A DNA stretch of 64,000 nt, from NCBI RefSeq assembly GCF_009914755.1, contig NC_060941.1, one strand, 5' to 3'. Source of the DNA: the human T2T-CHM13v2.0 reference genome, Homo sapiens. Below, in pieces: positions 1 through 17,683 of the stretch (position 1 is its first letter; every line of letters starts with the position of its first letter). The notes below the pieces were generated by a model. That model did no database searches, was not told where the DNA came from, and saw only the letters and a program-made list of their open reading frames with translations. A program made the translations under genes and the position numbers.

Positions 1-52
1 ATGTGTATTTAGGGTTTGGGGCACGTTTTCTCTTTTAAAAATGCCACAAATA

Positions 53-636
<584 letters not shown>

Positions 637-1030
637 TTACCAGACACGCAACCAGGAGATGAACACAAAGCAAGGATGGGGGAAACAAAACAGAGGAGGT
701 AGGGTTGCCAAGGTGTGCTGGGTGCAGACAACGGAGAGGAGGTGGGTGGGTGCGCGGTCCTATGGGGAAGAATGAAGGGGAGAGGGTGTACTGGGGGCAC
801 AGGGCTTTGAGAAACTGGGAGCAACAAAGACGTGAATGGACTTGGGTAGGTCTGTAAGGGGTTCTTAGAGGCTGTGAGTGGATGGGGGTACGGATAGTGA
901 AAGAAGTGGGGAGCCCGGAGAAGTGGTCGGGATTGTAAGCAGAAAGTGGGGACCTCAGAACACCGAGCTCAGGTTGGAATGATCTAAGGACACAAAAGCA
1001 TGGGGCCTCGGGGCTGGGGCGGTGCGACTA

Positions 1031-1309
<279 letters not shown>

Positions 1310-1342
1310 TCACCGCTTACCATGTATGCGATAAAAGCTCAC

Positions 1343-1392
1343 CGAAAGCGGGACCTCGTGCGCTGTGCAAATGAGGAAACTGGCACAGCCAT
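1343..1392 (-). CDS. MKS1: MKS1 alternative first coding exon (MAVPVSSFAQRTRSRFR)
   Basis: ATG at 1392; 50 nt; strong donor CG|gtgagc in phase 2, in frame with exon 2; matches my recollection of an MKS1 isoform N-terminus. Confidence 0.8.
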
Positions 1393-2222
1393 CAGCCCAC
1401 TTCATATAGACAGATAGATGCAGAAATGATGACGGGGACCAGGTGGCCTGAGTCTTCGCCCTCTACCTTTTCCACCATGCCACACTGCCTTCCACCCAAC
1501 GCGTGAAAACTTTGGCCTGAAAATCGGGTGATGTGACTGTAAGAAATGCACCCATTATTCCCAAAGGAGTCAGGGAAGGTGATGGCCCTTAGCCAGACAA
1601 GAAAATATATTCTTGGAAGACAAAAAAAGTGTCAGAAGATTTATTAGTCTTTGTGTTGATATTCACTGAGCAAAGAAAGAAAAAACAAGGAAGTCAACAG
1701 TAAGGAAGGAAACGATGTTATTATTGAACTGATTCTTACCTTGTGTATGTTAGTTTTGGATCATTAAGCCACTTTGTTACTGCACTGGCTTCCTGAAAAG
1801 CCAAAAAAGTGACATTCACAAGTCATGCTTCGTTGTACTAGCAAAGGAAGGACATGCTGTAACCTCACGTCTGGCGTCCCGGCACTTTGGGAATGTCAAC
1901 ATTTATCAGCCTTGTTCACATCTAGTCCTCCTCCAACAAAGTAAGCAATTGTCCCCTGAACTCGGGAATCTCATGCCAGTTTGATGATTTGGCATTGGAA
2001 GCTCTGGGTGCCATAGCCACTAGTTGTGTAACACCGACTCACCATAAATAGCACCATTTATTTAGGATCTAGTGCAGCTTGAGCACTTTTGTTTGCATTG
2101 TCCCAAATCCTTGTAGAAGCCTCTCAAAAAGGTACTTTTATTCACTTTAAAAATGAAGTTCGTGAAGGCCAGGGTTTAAAGGACTTGCTAGCTTGCAAGT
2201 GGTAAAAGTACTGGGATTCTAG

Positions 2223-2641
<419 letters not shown>

Positions 2642-3200
2642 GGAAATAATTTTAACATAAAACAAAAGGCACCTTTCTAGCTCCTAAGAAATTGTCTCTC
2701 CAATGTTTCCTTTTAAAATTGTGAGTAGGCAATCTGTGCCACATGCACAACAGCTGATAAAGTGGAGCCTGATTCTAGTTTAATTTTATAACCAAATCTA
2801 ACTTATAACAAAGTTAATCTGACATAATTATATGCAAAATAGTTTCTATACCACGTTATGGAAATATAAGCTATTTGTGTAAGCAACCATAATTAGTATT
2901 ATTTTTATATAGGTAAACTAAGTTTTCATGTTTTGTTTACTGATTTCTATGAATCAGGATCCTTTTATGTTTAAATATTCAGCTTATTGGTCTTAAGTAC
3001 ATTTACCTTGTTTTTCAACCATCATCACCATCCATCGCCACTACTTTCTTATTTTTGAAAATTGAAACTCTGTTCCCATTAAATAGTAACTCCTCATTCC
3101 CCTCTTCCAGCCCCTGGCAACTACCATTCTACATTTTCTCTCTATGAAATTTGACTGTTTTAGATACCTAATCCATATTGTAGCATGTGTCAGAATGTCC

Positions 3201-3950
3201 TTTTTTTTTTTTTTACTTTAAATTCCGGAATACATGTACAGAACATGCAGGTTTGTTACATAAGTATACATGTGCCATGGTGGTTTGCTGCACCTATCAA
3301 CCCATCACCTAGATTTTAAGCCCTGAATGCATTAGTTATTTGTCCTAATGCTCTCCCTCCCCCTGCCCCAGACTTTGCGACAGGCCCCAGTGTGTGGTGT
3401 TCCCCTCCCTGCGTCCATGTGTTCTCATTGTTCAACTCCCACTTATGAATGACAACATGCAGTGTTTGGTTTTCTGTTCCTGTGTTAGTTTGCTGAGGAT
3501 GATGGCTTCCAGCTTCATCCATGTCCCTCCAAAGGACATGATCTCATTCCTTTTTATGGCTGCATAGTATTACATGGTGTATATGTACCACATTTTCTTT
3601 ATCCAGTCTATCACTGATGGGCATTTGGGTTGGTACCATGTCTTTGACATTGTAACTAGTGCTCCAGTAAACATACGTGTGCATGTGTCTTTATAGTAGA
3701 CTGGCTTATATTTCTTTGGGTATATACCCAGTAATGAGATTGCTGGGTCAAATGATATTTCTGGTTCTAGATCCTTGAGGAATCCGCACACTGTCTTCCA
3801 CAATGGTTGAACTAATTTATATTCCCACCAACAGTGTAAAAGTGTTCCTATTTCTCCACAGCCTCGCCAGCATCTATTGCTTCCTGACGTTTTAGTAATT
3901 GCCATTCTGACTGGTGTGAGATGGTATCTCATCGTGGTCTTGATTTGCAT
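3201..3950 (-). mobile_element. L1PA 3' fragment (ORF2 C-terminus + 3' UTR)
   Basis: ORF 3570..3950 [17 protein letters not shown]...[16 protein letters not shown] is the L1 ORF2 cysteine-rich region; poly(T) at 3201. Confidence 0.92.
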
Positions 3951-4284
3951 GAACCAGGATTCTTAAAACTGAGATCCATGAGTGGGATTCAAGAAGTCTA
4001 TGAATCCTTTCCCTAGAATTCTGAATGGGGGATTTTTCTAGAAAGAGTTCATAGCTTTTATCAGATTCTCAAAGGAGTTTGTACCATGATATCAAGAATG
4101 GCTTGGGCCAGACACAGTGGAGTTTAGACCCAGGAGTTTAGACCCACCGGGGCAACATATTTTTTATTTATAAAAAATTTAAAAATTAGCCAGGTTTGGT
4201 GGTGCATGCCTGTGGCCCCAGCTACTTGGGAGGCTGAGGTGGGAGGATCATGTGGGCCGAGGAGGTCGACGCTGCAGTGAACAT

Positions 4285-6780
<2,496 letters not shown>

Positions 6781-6815
6781 ACCACTTGGTTGAGTCTTTT
6801 TTTAAGAAATAAATA

Positions 6816-7160
<345 letters not shown>

Positions 7161-7189
7161 TTTTAAAAATATATGTAAAAGAGTCAGAA

Positions 7190-7190
7190 A

Positions 7191-7245
<55 letters not shown>
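7190..7245. repeat. (TG)n(TA)n compound microsatellite
   Basis: Direct reading. Confidence 0.95.
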
Positions 7246-7248
<3 letters not shown>

Positions 7249-8644
7249 TGAGTTAGTATCCACACATGTAACTTCTAGCTCTGTCTACTGAGAGAGCCCA
7301 GAAGCAGTCACTCCTCAACAGAAATGAGCATACCTAGTACCCAGACCTTGGTTTCTAAAGACCATTCTCCACTACAAAGGAATCAGGGCTCCTTGGAGAA
7401 TTCATTGATTCCCAGAGAAGCAGCAAAATGAAACTTCTTAGACACTTCTTAGCTAGGTAACTCCTATCAGCCAAGAACAATCCTGATATGGGTATAGGTA
7501 TGTGCTGTTAACAGTCAACATAGTTAGCAGCTGGCAAAGAAGATCTTGGTAGGACACCAACAACATCTGTTACAAGTACATTTTGGGGAGGTGACCCCAG
7601 GGAACATTGGATGGGAGTGGGGCTAAACTCAGGCCAACTTACTCAGGACACCACAATCATGAGTATCCCTGCCTCTTCCCAGGCCCCTTCCAGGCAGTGT
7701 GCCAACAGGTAGAACAGGTGAGACTACATGAGTATTACCATGTTGATATTACCAGAGTCAGTAGGAGAATAAAATAGTTCAGCGTTACCCAGGAGCTGAG
7801 CATCTGAAGCAGGTCGCTTGTATATCCTAGCCAGATCTTAAATGTCTTTTCCAAAGAAACATACTAAGCTTCTGACAACTAATTGCTTTATCTTGAGCAG
7901 CCCTGTTTTCCCTACAGTGTCCAACAGGTTAGCTCAGGTCTCCAGTGATGTGTCAAGACTTGGGGCAATAGGAGTGTTCTAAACAGTAGGACACTGATAA
8001 TATTGGCTCCTATGGCTCCTCCTCCTCAAGAAGAGGATTCGATTTTTTAGAAATACAGGGACTTTACAATCCACCTTCCATGCTCCTCCCATTCTTGGTA
8101 TTCTCCTGGAAATCACGAAGAAATTAATCTCTTCAGCAAATTCTAATAAGCCAGTCTTCTCCTTTTCTTTTTCCAGAACTTTCCACCAACTATGAGATTC
8201 TTTCAAGTTTGATCTCATTATAGCCCACTGACTTTTTCCAAATCATCAGTGAGCTTTTGAAAGTATACATTCATATTTACCCAATAATTTTAAGTCAAGA
8301 TTTTGGCTCTTGTCTCAAAAGAATCATTTGGCTTCAGCTATTAGAACTGAAATTAGGTGGTTCCTTGAAATTGCTTTGAGTAAGAATTCTCAGCAATCCT
8401 GTCAGAGACTACAAGATATGGTAGTTAAGAGTTCGTGCCATAATTCATTAATTAATTCACTTAATTTATTCAAAAAAAATTGTGTTTTGATGGTCTTGGA
8501 GTATGTAGTATACTAAACAGTCTCTGACCTCATGAAATTTACATTATGGTTGGGGTAGGTAGACAGTAAACAAACAAAAAAGCAAAACATAGTACAATAT
8601 ATGGTGGTCAGTTCCACAAAGAAAAATAAAGCAAGAAAGAATAA

Positions 8645-8965
8645 TGCTATGGTCTGAATGTCTCTTCCAAAACTCATGTTGAAACTTAATCCCCAATGTG
8701 GATTAATGAATTAATGAGCTGATGGATTAATGGATTATCATGGGAGGGGAACTGGTGAGAGACCTGAGCTGGCACATGCACACTCAGCCCCTCGCCATGT
8801 GATACCCTGCACCACTCTAAGGAGAGTCCTCTCCAGGAAGAAGGCCGTCACCAGAGTGACCCCTCAACCTTAGACTTCTCAGCCTCTAGAACTGTGAGAA
8901 AGAAACTCTTTTTCTTTATAGGGATACCCAGTTTCATGCATTCTGTTATAAGCAACAGAAAACAA
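8645..8965 (+). mobile_element. MaLR LTR (MST/MLT1A-like)
   Basis: Starts tgctatggtctgaatgtc...catgttgaaacttaatcccca and ends cagcctctagaactgtgaga...gttataagcaacagaaaac, typical MaLR motifs. Confidence 0.7.
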
Positions 8966-8989
8966 AGGTAATAAGAATTACAGGAGGAA

Positions 8990-9283
8990 GGCCAGACACA
9001 GTAGCTCACGCCTGTAATCCCAGCACTTTGGGAGGCCCAGGCAAGAGGACTGCTTGAGGCCAAGACCAGCCTAGGCAACATGGCAAGACCTTGTCTCTAC
9101 ACAAACTAAATTAAAAAAATTTAGCCAGGCATGGTGGTGCATGCCTATAGTTGTAGCTACTCAGGAGGCTGAGGTGGGAGTATTGCTTAAGCCCAGGAGT
9201 TTAAGGCTGCAGTGAGCTGTGGTCGTGCCACTGCACTCCAGCATGCGTAACAGAGCGAGACCCTGTCTCAAAAAAGCAAAAAA
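8990..9283 (+). mobile_element. AluJ-like element
   Basis: Diverged Alu dimer. Confidence 0.88.
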
Positions 9284-9492
9284 AGAATTGTAGAAAAAGA
9301 AGAGTTTGACATTTTTTAAAAGGGAAATCTGGAAACACTAACTAAGACTGTGATATTTAAGCAAGTACTCAAAGATGGTGAGGAAATGAGCCATGTGGAT
9401 ATCTGGAGAATGAGCACTTCAGGCAGATGAAACAGCAAATGCAAAGCTGGGTGCTGGGACATGAGTATATTTTGTCTCAACTGTCTTACAAC

Positions 9493-10369
9493 TGATGCAA
9501 GATTTTTCTCAGCCCCTTCACTGGACTTACAGCAGGGGTACCCCCTCTACTCAGCCCACCACGCTCAACCCCTTGCAGGAGGGAGCACATGAGCGAGTGA
9601 ATGTGGGGTCCAGCCAGCCACTCCTAGTGCCAACACAAGAGCAACCTCCATGCAGGGCCTGCAGAGGCACCCAGCTAAGGGTGCCCAAAATCCCAAAGGC
9701 CCAGAGGGGTTGTTACAGTGCTCCTTTAGTTCCACTGTCCACGGATAGCGGTGTGTTAACAGTTCAGTTGGCCCCTTACCTCATCACGTGGGGAAGCTGC
9801 CCTCCACCAGTGAGGGCAAAGGGCCAGTGTGACAACCTTTCTGGGTAAAGTGTCCCAAGCTCTTGTCCAGGGTCCAAGAAAAATGAAGTCACATGGACAG
9901 CTGAAGGATGGCAAAGGTGGAGAATTTTAGTGAATGATAAAAATGGCTCAGTGGATAGGGGAACAGGAGAGGCAATGAGAAGGGCAGGTCATCTTCCCCA
10001 AAGTCAGGTTGTCTCTTCACAAAGTCAGGAGTCTCCTCTTCTACTGACTGAGCCTGGGGTCTTTATAGGCACAAGATGGGGAGTGCGTGCTGATTGGTCT
10101 GTGAGTATGCAAAAAAAGTTAAAGTGAAAACACCACTCAAAGGTGGGCATGACTGTGTAGAAAACCAATTAGGAAAAGCTAGATATATGTGAAATAGGTG
10201 AAGGATGGGGATCAATCAGAGGAAAGCACATCAAACAGGAGGACAAGTTCTCAATCCAGTCCAAGGATTTAACTTGTAGCTTGGCTTTCAGGATTTAAAT
10301 TGTCTTCGACTTGGAGGTGGGTACCCAACCCTGTCTGTCTAGGCATTTGGCTGCCTCCTGTCACTATCA
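9493..10369. mobile_element. Probable ERV1-class solo LTR
   Basis: TGAT...ATCA termini and LTR-like internal sequence; family not determined. Confidence 0.5.
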
Positions 10370-12029
10370 TTATATGTGAATAATTAGAATAATTTATATT
10401 GTTAAATTAAACCTGTCTCCAAGCTCCCCCTCAGCAGAGCTGATGCGATGTTCAATGTTGTTATTGTGGCCCCTTCCACTTCCTGGACTCAGTGCAGAGT
10501 TCCTACGCCCCAGAAAGGGGCCTCCAATCCATGCTGGTCAGTGCTGGGGTGGTCATGCCCCAAGCTCCCAGCTGAGCAGGCTGCTCTCTGCTTACCGTGT
10601 CCATCTTCCTCCTGGTGACTAACTTGGCCTCCAAAGACCACAGCCTATAGAGTCCAGTCCCAGATATCCATGTGCCACCCTGTCAGAGGTCCATGCAGGA
10701 ATTCTGCCCCGTGCAGGAATGCTGCAAGAGAGCTGAAATTCCCTGTTTTCTTGGTCCTGCATCTCCAAGGTAACTAACCAATCCCTCCAACCCTATAGGC
10801 TTCAGCAACCTACCAGTTTCCTCTCCATTCTCCCTCCTCCCTCCCCCACCCCCCACCGTACCTCAATTGAGCTCCCTAGCCCTGTGAGCTATGTTTGTTT
10901 GTCACTTGTGTTTTTGTTTGTTGTTATTTGTTTGGTTAGTTTGGTCTATTGTTTATTTGCTTGTTTATTTTGTTTTTTCAAAACAAAGGCTTGTTAATCT
11001 TCCCAAAGACAAAGAAAATTCTGCCCTCCAGGACACAAAGCTTTAATTGCTCTCTTGAGAGAGGGTGAAGGGAAAGGTATTTTTAGTCTTTGAACGGAAG
11101 AAAATTAAGATTTCAATCGCATTAACATCTCTGGAATCCTTTCCCAGCTCTCCACCTCCAGGACCACCAGGCACTACCTCTTTCCAGGATACCATTAGTT
11201 CCTACCTTCGTCATTGCAACAGGGTGCCTCCTGACCTTCCTCTCTGCAGTCCTACCCTCCACCTCTTCCCCACCCTAAAGCCAAGTGATCTTTCTACAGC
11301 AATAATCTAATGACCCTTAAAATATCTTTGCCAATTAAGGAACAGGCACATGTTCCAATTCAGGCCAGTGAGACGTAAGAAAAAGCTTGCCAGGATTTCT
11401 GGGAAAGCTATTCTTTCTCTTCTGTGAGATTCTCTGCCTTCCCCTGCAGGGGGTTGTGTGCCATTTTGCCTGCAAGGGAAGGATGGAGTTGAAGCTGAGA
11501 GGAGGTAAAGCCAGGAGAACTGCAGGGTGAAGGAAGCCAGGCCCATTGAAGTAATTCAACCCTGAAGTCAACCCTATCCCTGGATTCTTGTTAGAGGTTT
11601 TTTTTTTTTTCAAATGATCAAAAAATATGGAACAATTATTGGTTGCATAGCAATGTGAATACTTGACAAAACTGAACAGTACACTTAAACATGGTTAAGA
11701 TGGTAAATTTTATATTATGTGTATTTTACCACAACTAAAAAAAATTACACCAACAACAGCAACACAAATATGGAACAAATCGTATAATCACCATCCATGT
11801 GCCCAGCATTCAATTTGAAATTTGCCTTGTTAGTTAAGCCAATTTGAGCTAGTTTGTTGGTGACCTGGGCCCAGCAAACGCATGCTAAGTAATACGGAAT
11901 GTGTGCCTGGAAGTAGGCATGCTGCAATTAACAGGCTTATACTTGATGGAATTGGCTGAAGAGATAGGGCTTGCTCATGAGCTAGAAAGTTAGCAATCCT
12001 ATTTAAGGGATTGTGAAATAGAACTGGTT

Positions 12030-13300
12030 TCTCTGCCTGTTGAAGTTTAATGTGCAAAAAAATCACCTGGGGATCTTGTTCAAATGAAGATCCTGATTTG
12101 GTGGGAACTGAGAGTCTGCGTTCCTAACAAGCTCCCAGGTGGTGCCACTGCTGCTGAGCCATGGACCACACTTTGGATAGGAAGGAGTTACACTGATGTG
12201 TCTGGGAATGGGGACCACATACTATGCAGGCTGTTGCATTAGGAGGATGGTGGGGAAAATTCAGGATATTGGATTGTGTTACCAACTTCTTACAGCCCTC
12301 AGTAAGGTTCTACAAGAGACAGGCCCTTAGTTTCACACTGGCCTATGTGAAAACAAGAAAATACATCTCTGTTAAGAGAGGTTCTCTCTTGGCGGGGCAC
12401 GGTGGCTCATGCCAGCACTTCGGGAGGCCGAGGCAGGTGGATCACAAGGTCAGGAGTTCAAGACCAGCCTGTCCAAGATGGTGAAACCCCGTCTCTACTA
12501 AAAATACAAATATTAGCTGGACGCCGTGGCAGTGCCTGTAATCCCAGCTACTCGGGAGGCTGAGGCAGGGGAATTGCTTGAACCCGGGGGCGGAGGTTGC
12601 AGTGAGCCAAGGTTGAGCCACTGCACTCCAGCCTGGGTGACAGAGTGAGACTCCATCAAAAAAAAAAAAAAAAAAGAGGTTCTCTCTGCCTATGAACTGA
12701 AATTTAAAAATGGCTGAAATGTGATCACGTGACTATGTCATCTTGGTCAACTTTTTAGAGTCTGCCCATATTTGTAGAATGAATGCATGAATGAGTGAGT
12801 GAGCTTGCTATAAGAAAGAGCTAGATAATTAGAGCCTCCCAGCAATGAAGCAGGTTGCCATGTAAATACTGAGCTCCCCAACCCCGGAAGTGTTCAAGCA
12901 GTGACTTGATGACCATCTGTCAGCTTTAATGTAAATAAATATGACCTGGGGATTTTGTGAAAATGCAGATTCTGATTTGGTACATCTGGGTGGGGCCTGA
13001 GATTCTGTATTTCTGAGTAGCTCCCAGAAGATTCCAATGCTATAAGACTTTGGATCATACCTTGAGGAGCAAGGATGTAGTGGGGAATCCTACAGAGGGT
13101 AGAAAGTTCAGCTAGATTAGTAGTTTCCAAATCTACCCGTATGTCAGACTCACCCAGGAGATTTATTAGAAATAGAGGTTCTCCAACTCCAATGCCAGAG
13201 CTGGAATTCTGTAGACCAGGAGCAGAGTCTGGATGCCTGTATTTTTCCCAAGCTTTCCACTGATTCAGATGCAACCTTTGGGAATCACTGAACCAGAGGC
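12030..13300. mobile_element. Cluster of MER5-like hAT DNA transposon fragments
   Basis: aatcacctggggatcttgtt...ctaacaagctcccaggtg and aaaatgcagattctgatt...gggtggggcctgagattctg motifs; boundaries approximate. Confidence 0.6.
12391..12675 (+). mobile_element. AluS
   Basis: Alu consensus with A tail. Confidence 0.9.
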
Positions 13301-13964
13301 TTCTGAAATGTTGTTCAAACTCTAAGCTTACTTTTTAAAAGAATCAGACAAATATAAATCATGATGAGGCAAAGCCAGGCTGACTAAAATCCCCTTGCTA
13401 TACTTACTTGGCAAATATCACCAGGGTCAAAACACTGCCTTGTTATTTATGAGTCCTAGATCTATGCTTAAATCCATTTCTAGAGAATGTCATATTTCCT
13501 ATATTTTTGCAGATTGGAATTACATTATGCTCTTAAAGTAGCCCAATTAATGATTTCTTGAACCCCAGCAACTTGTAGTGAAACAACATAATTATGTTAA
13601 AAGAGGGAACTTCCACATTAGGTTTCTTGGAGAATGTTTCAAAAGATAAAAATAGCAAGGAAATCTAGGGTTGTGTGACACATCGAAAACATCCCACAAA
13701 CGGGAATCTTCCCAATTGAGTCTGTTAGGTCATGGTCTCTTGCTCTCATTGCAGCTGTGAGCAGGGAATTGCAGATCCCTAATCTGAGGCTGTAAAGTTT
13801 TATTGCTACAGATTTGATAAGTTCTAGGAGGGCAGAATCTCAGGCAGATTTGATCAATTTCTGTTTTTCTTACCCATTCATCATTTTCTCTTTTGACATG
13901 GCCACAAATGGGAGGGTTCATGAAGGTGGGCCAGCACCACGTTTTAGAACTTGGGGCTGGAGGG

Positions 13965-15822
13965 AGAGGCTGGACTTTTACCCCACTGCAGGGGTTAGAA
14001 GGGCCAGTTGAATTTGTAGGATGTGAAATCCAGTAAGGACCATGATTAAATTGCCAGCAGTGGCAGTGCCTCGGGCACTGGATCGAAATTCAGGGCAAAA
14101 TTTCAGAGTTTAGACATGGAAAGCTAACAGTGGGGCCATCACCTCATGGGGGGCCAGGTACTGAAGTCAAAATGGGCCTCCTGAAATCTGTAGCAAGAAG
14201 GGAAAAGAGAAAACATGAGTTACTATAAGCAATGCAGGCCAGTTTTCAGCTGTCAGGCTAGGAAATTCTGCTAGGCTTTATTTCAGCAGACGGACATCAT
14301 CAGCTATGCAGTATCCAGGTCCACAGGGACTTCAGAGAGGTGGGAGCAACTAGCCTAGGTTGCCGAGTTCAAGAGCAGAAACCCTGCCTGGGCCAGCTGT
14401 TGTCCTCAGGCTGAAGATGGACTCTTTCACATCCATGTGACCAAAAGAGGGCAAAACTAGAGTTGGCTCCTTGGGGACAGGGTGGTGCCATGGCCCCCAT
14501 CATCTCCTTTTTTCTTCCCATCAGATAGCAAGCAGCTCATTGGAGAGCCACACAGTCACCAGGACAGAGAGAATGCCCAGCAGCAGAAGCCAAAAAAAGA
14601 AACTTTCCCTTTCTGTCTCCTCTGTCTGTGGCGTGCAACCCAGCTATGAGGACGTGGGGTTGAAGCCATTTCCTTTTTCAGTTTCAGCTTCTGACCCTCC
14701 TCAGGATTAGAAGTGGTGATTCAGAGGCTGGGAGGGTGAAAGCATGACTTCTCAAGAACCAGCTCGTGCTGAAGTCACTGCTCACCTTCCTGTCTCAGGG
14801 ATGCTCCTGATGCTAATGACGTCGTGTGAATCATGCTCTACGTGTCTGCATGCCTGAGCCGAGCTTATCCTCATGGCACCCTGTGAGGCAGGCTGCTGCT
14901 CCTACTCCCACTCACCAGAAGAGGAAGCCGAGGCTCAGAGACTGAGTAACTCTTGAGGTTACACAGCCACCGAGCAGGGTCATTAGGGCCCTATGAGATT
15001 TCCTTCCGACTCCGCTCTGAACTCACTCTCGTAGGCCCAAGCTGGGCGCCTCCCCCAGGGAACACCGTAGTGGCCCGGAAAACAGAGAGCACAGGTTACA
15101 TTTGGCTCACATTCTTGGTGTGTCCACTGTAGGTTGCTGTGAAGTAAATTTTAAATTTTTATATAAAAACAAACAGATAATTTCTTGAGTGGGACATAAA
15201 AGCATGAATTTGAAAGTTAAAATGTAAGATATTGACCTTTTACTTAATAATAATGTAACAATATTGCTTTATTAACTGTGACAAATGTACCATTGTAAAA
15301 TAAGATAATCATAATGAAAACTGGGTGTGGAGTGTGCAGGAACTCTGTATTATCTTTGTAATAATATGGTAAATCTAAAATTGTTCTAAAATAAAAATTT
15401 TTCTCTTTAAAAAAGTAAGATATCAAATAAATTTTAGAATCTCAGTTTCCTTCAGGGGTACCTGGTCATGATTATCTTTTGTTAGAGGCATATCAGAGGC
15501 CATGTTGCTCGCTGAGTAGAAGGACATTCTACAGTGTACGCTTACAGCCTCTTGAAAAGCCTGTATTCATTAAGAGAAGAAAAAGAGGGTGGGACAGTGA
15601 AGATTCTTTCACTTCCTCTCCCCAGCCTCTGTCCCCTTCTTAGCACTGTGCGAAGAGTGAGAGGTAATAACCACTTCACCCTCCCCAGGTTTCCACCAGA
15701 GTGGAAGGGGTTCCATCACAGACAGACTATTTGAGCATTTCACCCCATTCCAGCCTCCACCACAATCCTACAAATTCAACTGGCCCTTCTAACCCCTGCA
15801 GTGGGGTAAAAGTCCAGCCTCT
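13965..15822. repeat. Perfect 58-bp inverted repeat pair (13965-14022 / 15765-15822)
   Basis: Base-by-base reverse-complement identity 58/58. Confidence 0.95.
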
Positions 15823-15824
15823 TC

Positions 15825-15981
15825 CAGAGACAGGAGAATCACTTGAACTCAGGAGGCAGAGGCTGCAGTGAACCAAGATAATTCCACTGCACTCCAGCCT
15901 GGGCGACAGAGCGAAACTCCGTCTCAAAAAAAAAATAAATAAATAAAAAATAATAAATAAATAAATAAATAAATAAATAAA
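15825..15981 (+). mobile_element. 5'-truncated Alu right arm with (TAAA)n tail
   Basis: caggagaatcacttgaac...ctccgtctcaaaa. Confidence 0.88.
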
Positions 15982-17400
15982 GTGGGGGGTAATTCAGGGC
16001 AGGGCAGAACCAGAATGTGGGGAAGTCAAGGAAGCCACAGAGGCAAGAGATTTATGAAGGACAAATGGACAGGATTCAGTGACCAAGAAGATGGGAGGAA
16101 GGGGAGGAAGAGAAAAGAGGGAAAGAAAAAAGAAAAATGCCCAGGGTGTCTCCCTGGTTTCCAACTTGAGTGACAGAGAATGATCACATTCCCAGCAGAA
16201 TTTTTCTTCTTTCTCAACAAGATTCTTCCTGTTCTTTTGTTTCTGGTTGTCCCTCAGAACTAAGGAGAAACAGCCTTTGGGATAGTTGTCCCCCTACCCC
16301 ATCCCAGCTGGTCCTAAGAGTAAGAACATAGGATTCTCATCCCCCTTTTATATAAAGAGAACCTGAGGGTATGTAATGTGTACAAGACTGTACAATGAGG
16401 CAGAAGCTCACTGGCACTGGGACCTACAAGATCTACTGATTCACAATTGAATTCTAAACATCACAGCCCAAGGGAACCAACACAATTACTTAGTGGACCC
16501 ATTTCTCTTTCCAGAGAAGGAAACTGAGACCTCTGAATAAAGAGTAATTTTCCCAATGTCACATGCTGCTGACTAGCAAGCTAGGACTAGAGCCTGGCTT
16601 GCTGAGTTTTAATAATCCAGTGCTCCTTGCATTTTCGCTAGTTGCTTTGTCACATCTGTATGCACGTGTGTGTGCAAACACATACACACACACATACACA
16701 TGCTTGCTTGCTTGAGAAACAGGGCATTTTATTCGCATGATATTTTCTTTATGGACTTATCACAAAGCATATCCTCAGACTGCTCACAGAATAACAATAG
16801 CAATTCAAGATTGTTTTTTGTTTAAAATCCTGTGTTTCTTTATTTGTGGCTTAAGTGGGAATTGGTTTATTGCCCCATCTCTACCCTGAGCAACTCAGGA
16901 TTTATTCAGACTGTCTTGCTCCATTGAGGTCTATCCCCTTCCCCAGCCCTATGCCTACATTACCCTGCCAAGGCAGGGAACAGATCTGACAGCTTTTTTG
17001 CTTAAGCAAACTTATTAAAATTCATAATTTGTCAACTAATTAGGAAGAGAGAGGATTAGGAGTAAGAAAAAACCAGAAGCACATACTATTAGGTGCTCAG
17101 TGAATATTTAAGAGGAACAGGGAAAGAGGGAGGAAAGGAAAGACAACACTGAGGGGAAATGGTTGAATGGCATTAACTGAAAAAAAAAAAAAAAAAGATT
17201 TGCCATTAATGAAGAGAAGGAAGAGACAGTATTCTGCCCACCCACCAGGTCGGTTCCCAGGGAAGCCCTTCAGTCTCAGCATGCTGTGGCTAAGTGGAAA
17301 AATTCATTGATCATAGGTTTGCCAGTTGGAACCCTTGTGTTATGCCAATCTCAGAAGCTACCAAGCATCAGATCAATTCTCCCACTAAAAAATACTAGGA

Positions 17401-17683
17401 GGCCGGGCTCAGTGGCTCATGCCTGTAATCCTAGCACTTTGGGAAGCCAAGGCAGGAGGATCACTTGAGCCCAGGAGTTCGAGACTAGTCTGGGTAACAT
17501 AGGGAAACCCTGTCTCTACAAAAAATTAAAAACTAGTAGGGAATGGTGGTGCATACCTGTAGTCCCAGCTACTTGGGAGGCTGAGGTGGGAGGATGGCGT
17601 GAGCCCTTGCACTGACTGGTGGTTGCACCACTGCACTCTAGCCTGGGAGGCAGAGTGAGACCTTGTCTCAGAAAAAAAAAAAA
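17401..17683 (+). mobile_element. AluJ-like element
   Basis: Diverged Alu dimer. Confidence 0.88.

Noticed and set aside
1900-1946. Plus-strand donor aaa|gtaagc as part of a divergent MKS1-promoter transcript splicing to LPO
   Set aside because: A single motif without a defined exon; cannot be supported from sequence alone
3570-3950. L1 ORF2-like ORFs (also 39444..39836, 42292..42528)
   Set aside because: Truncated, decayed L1 fragments; no intact retrotransposon
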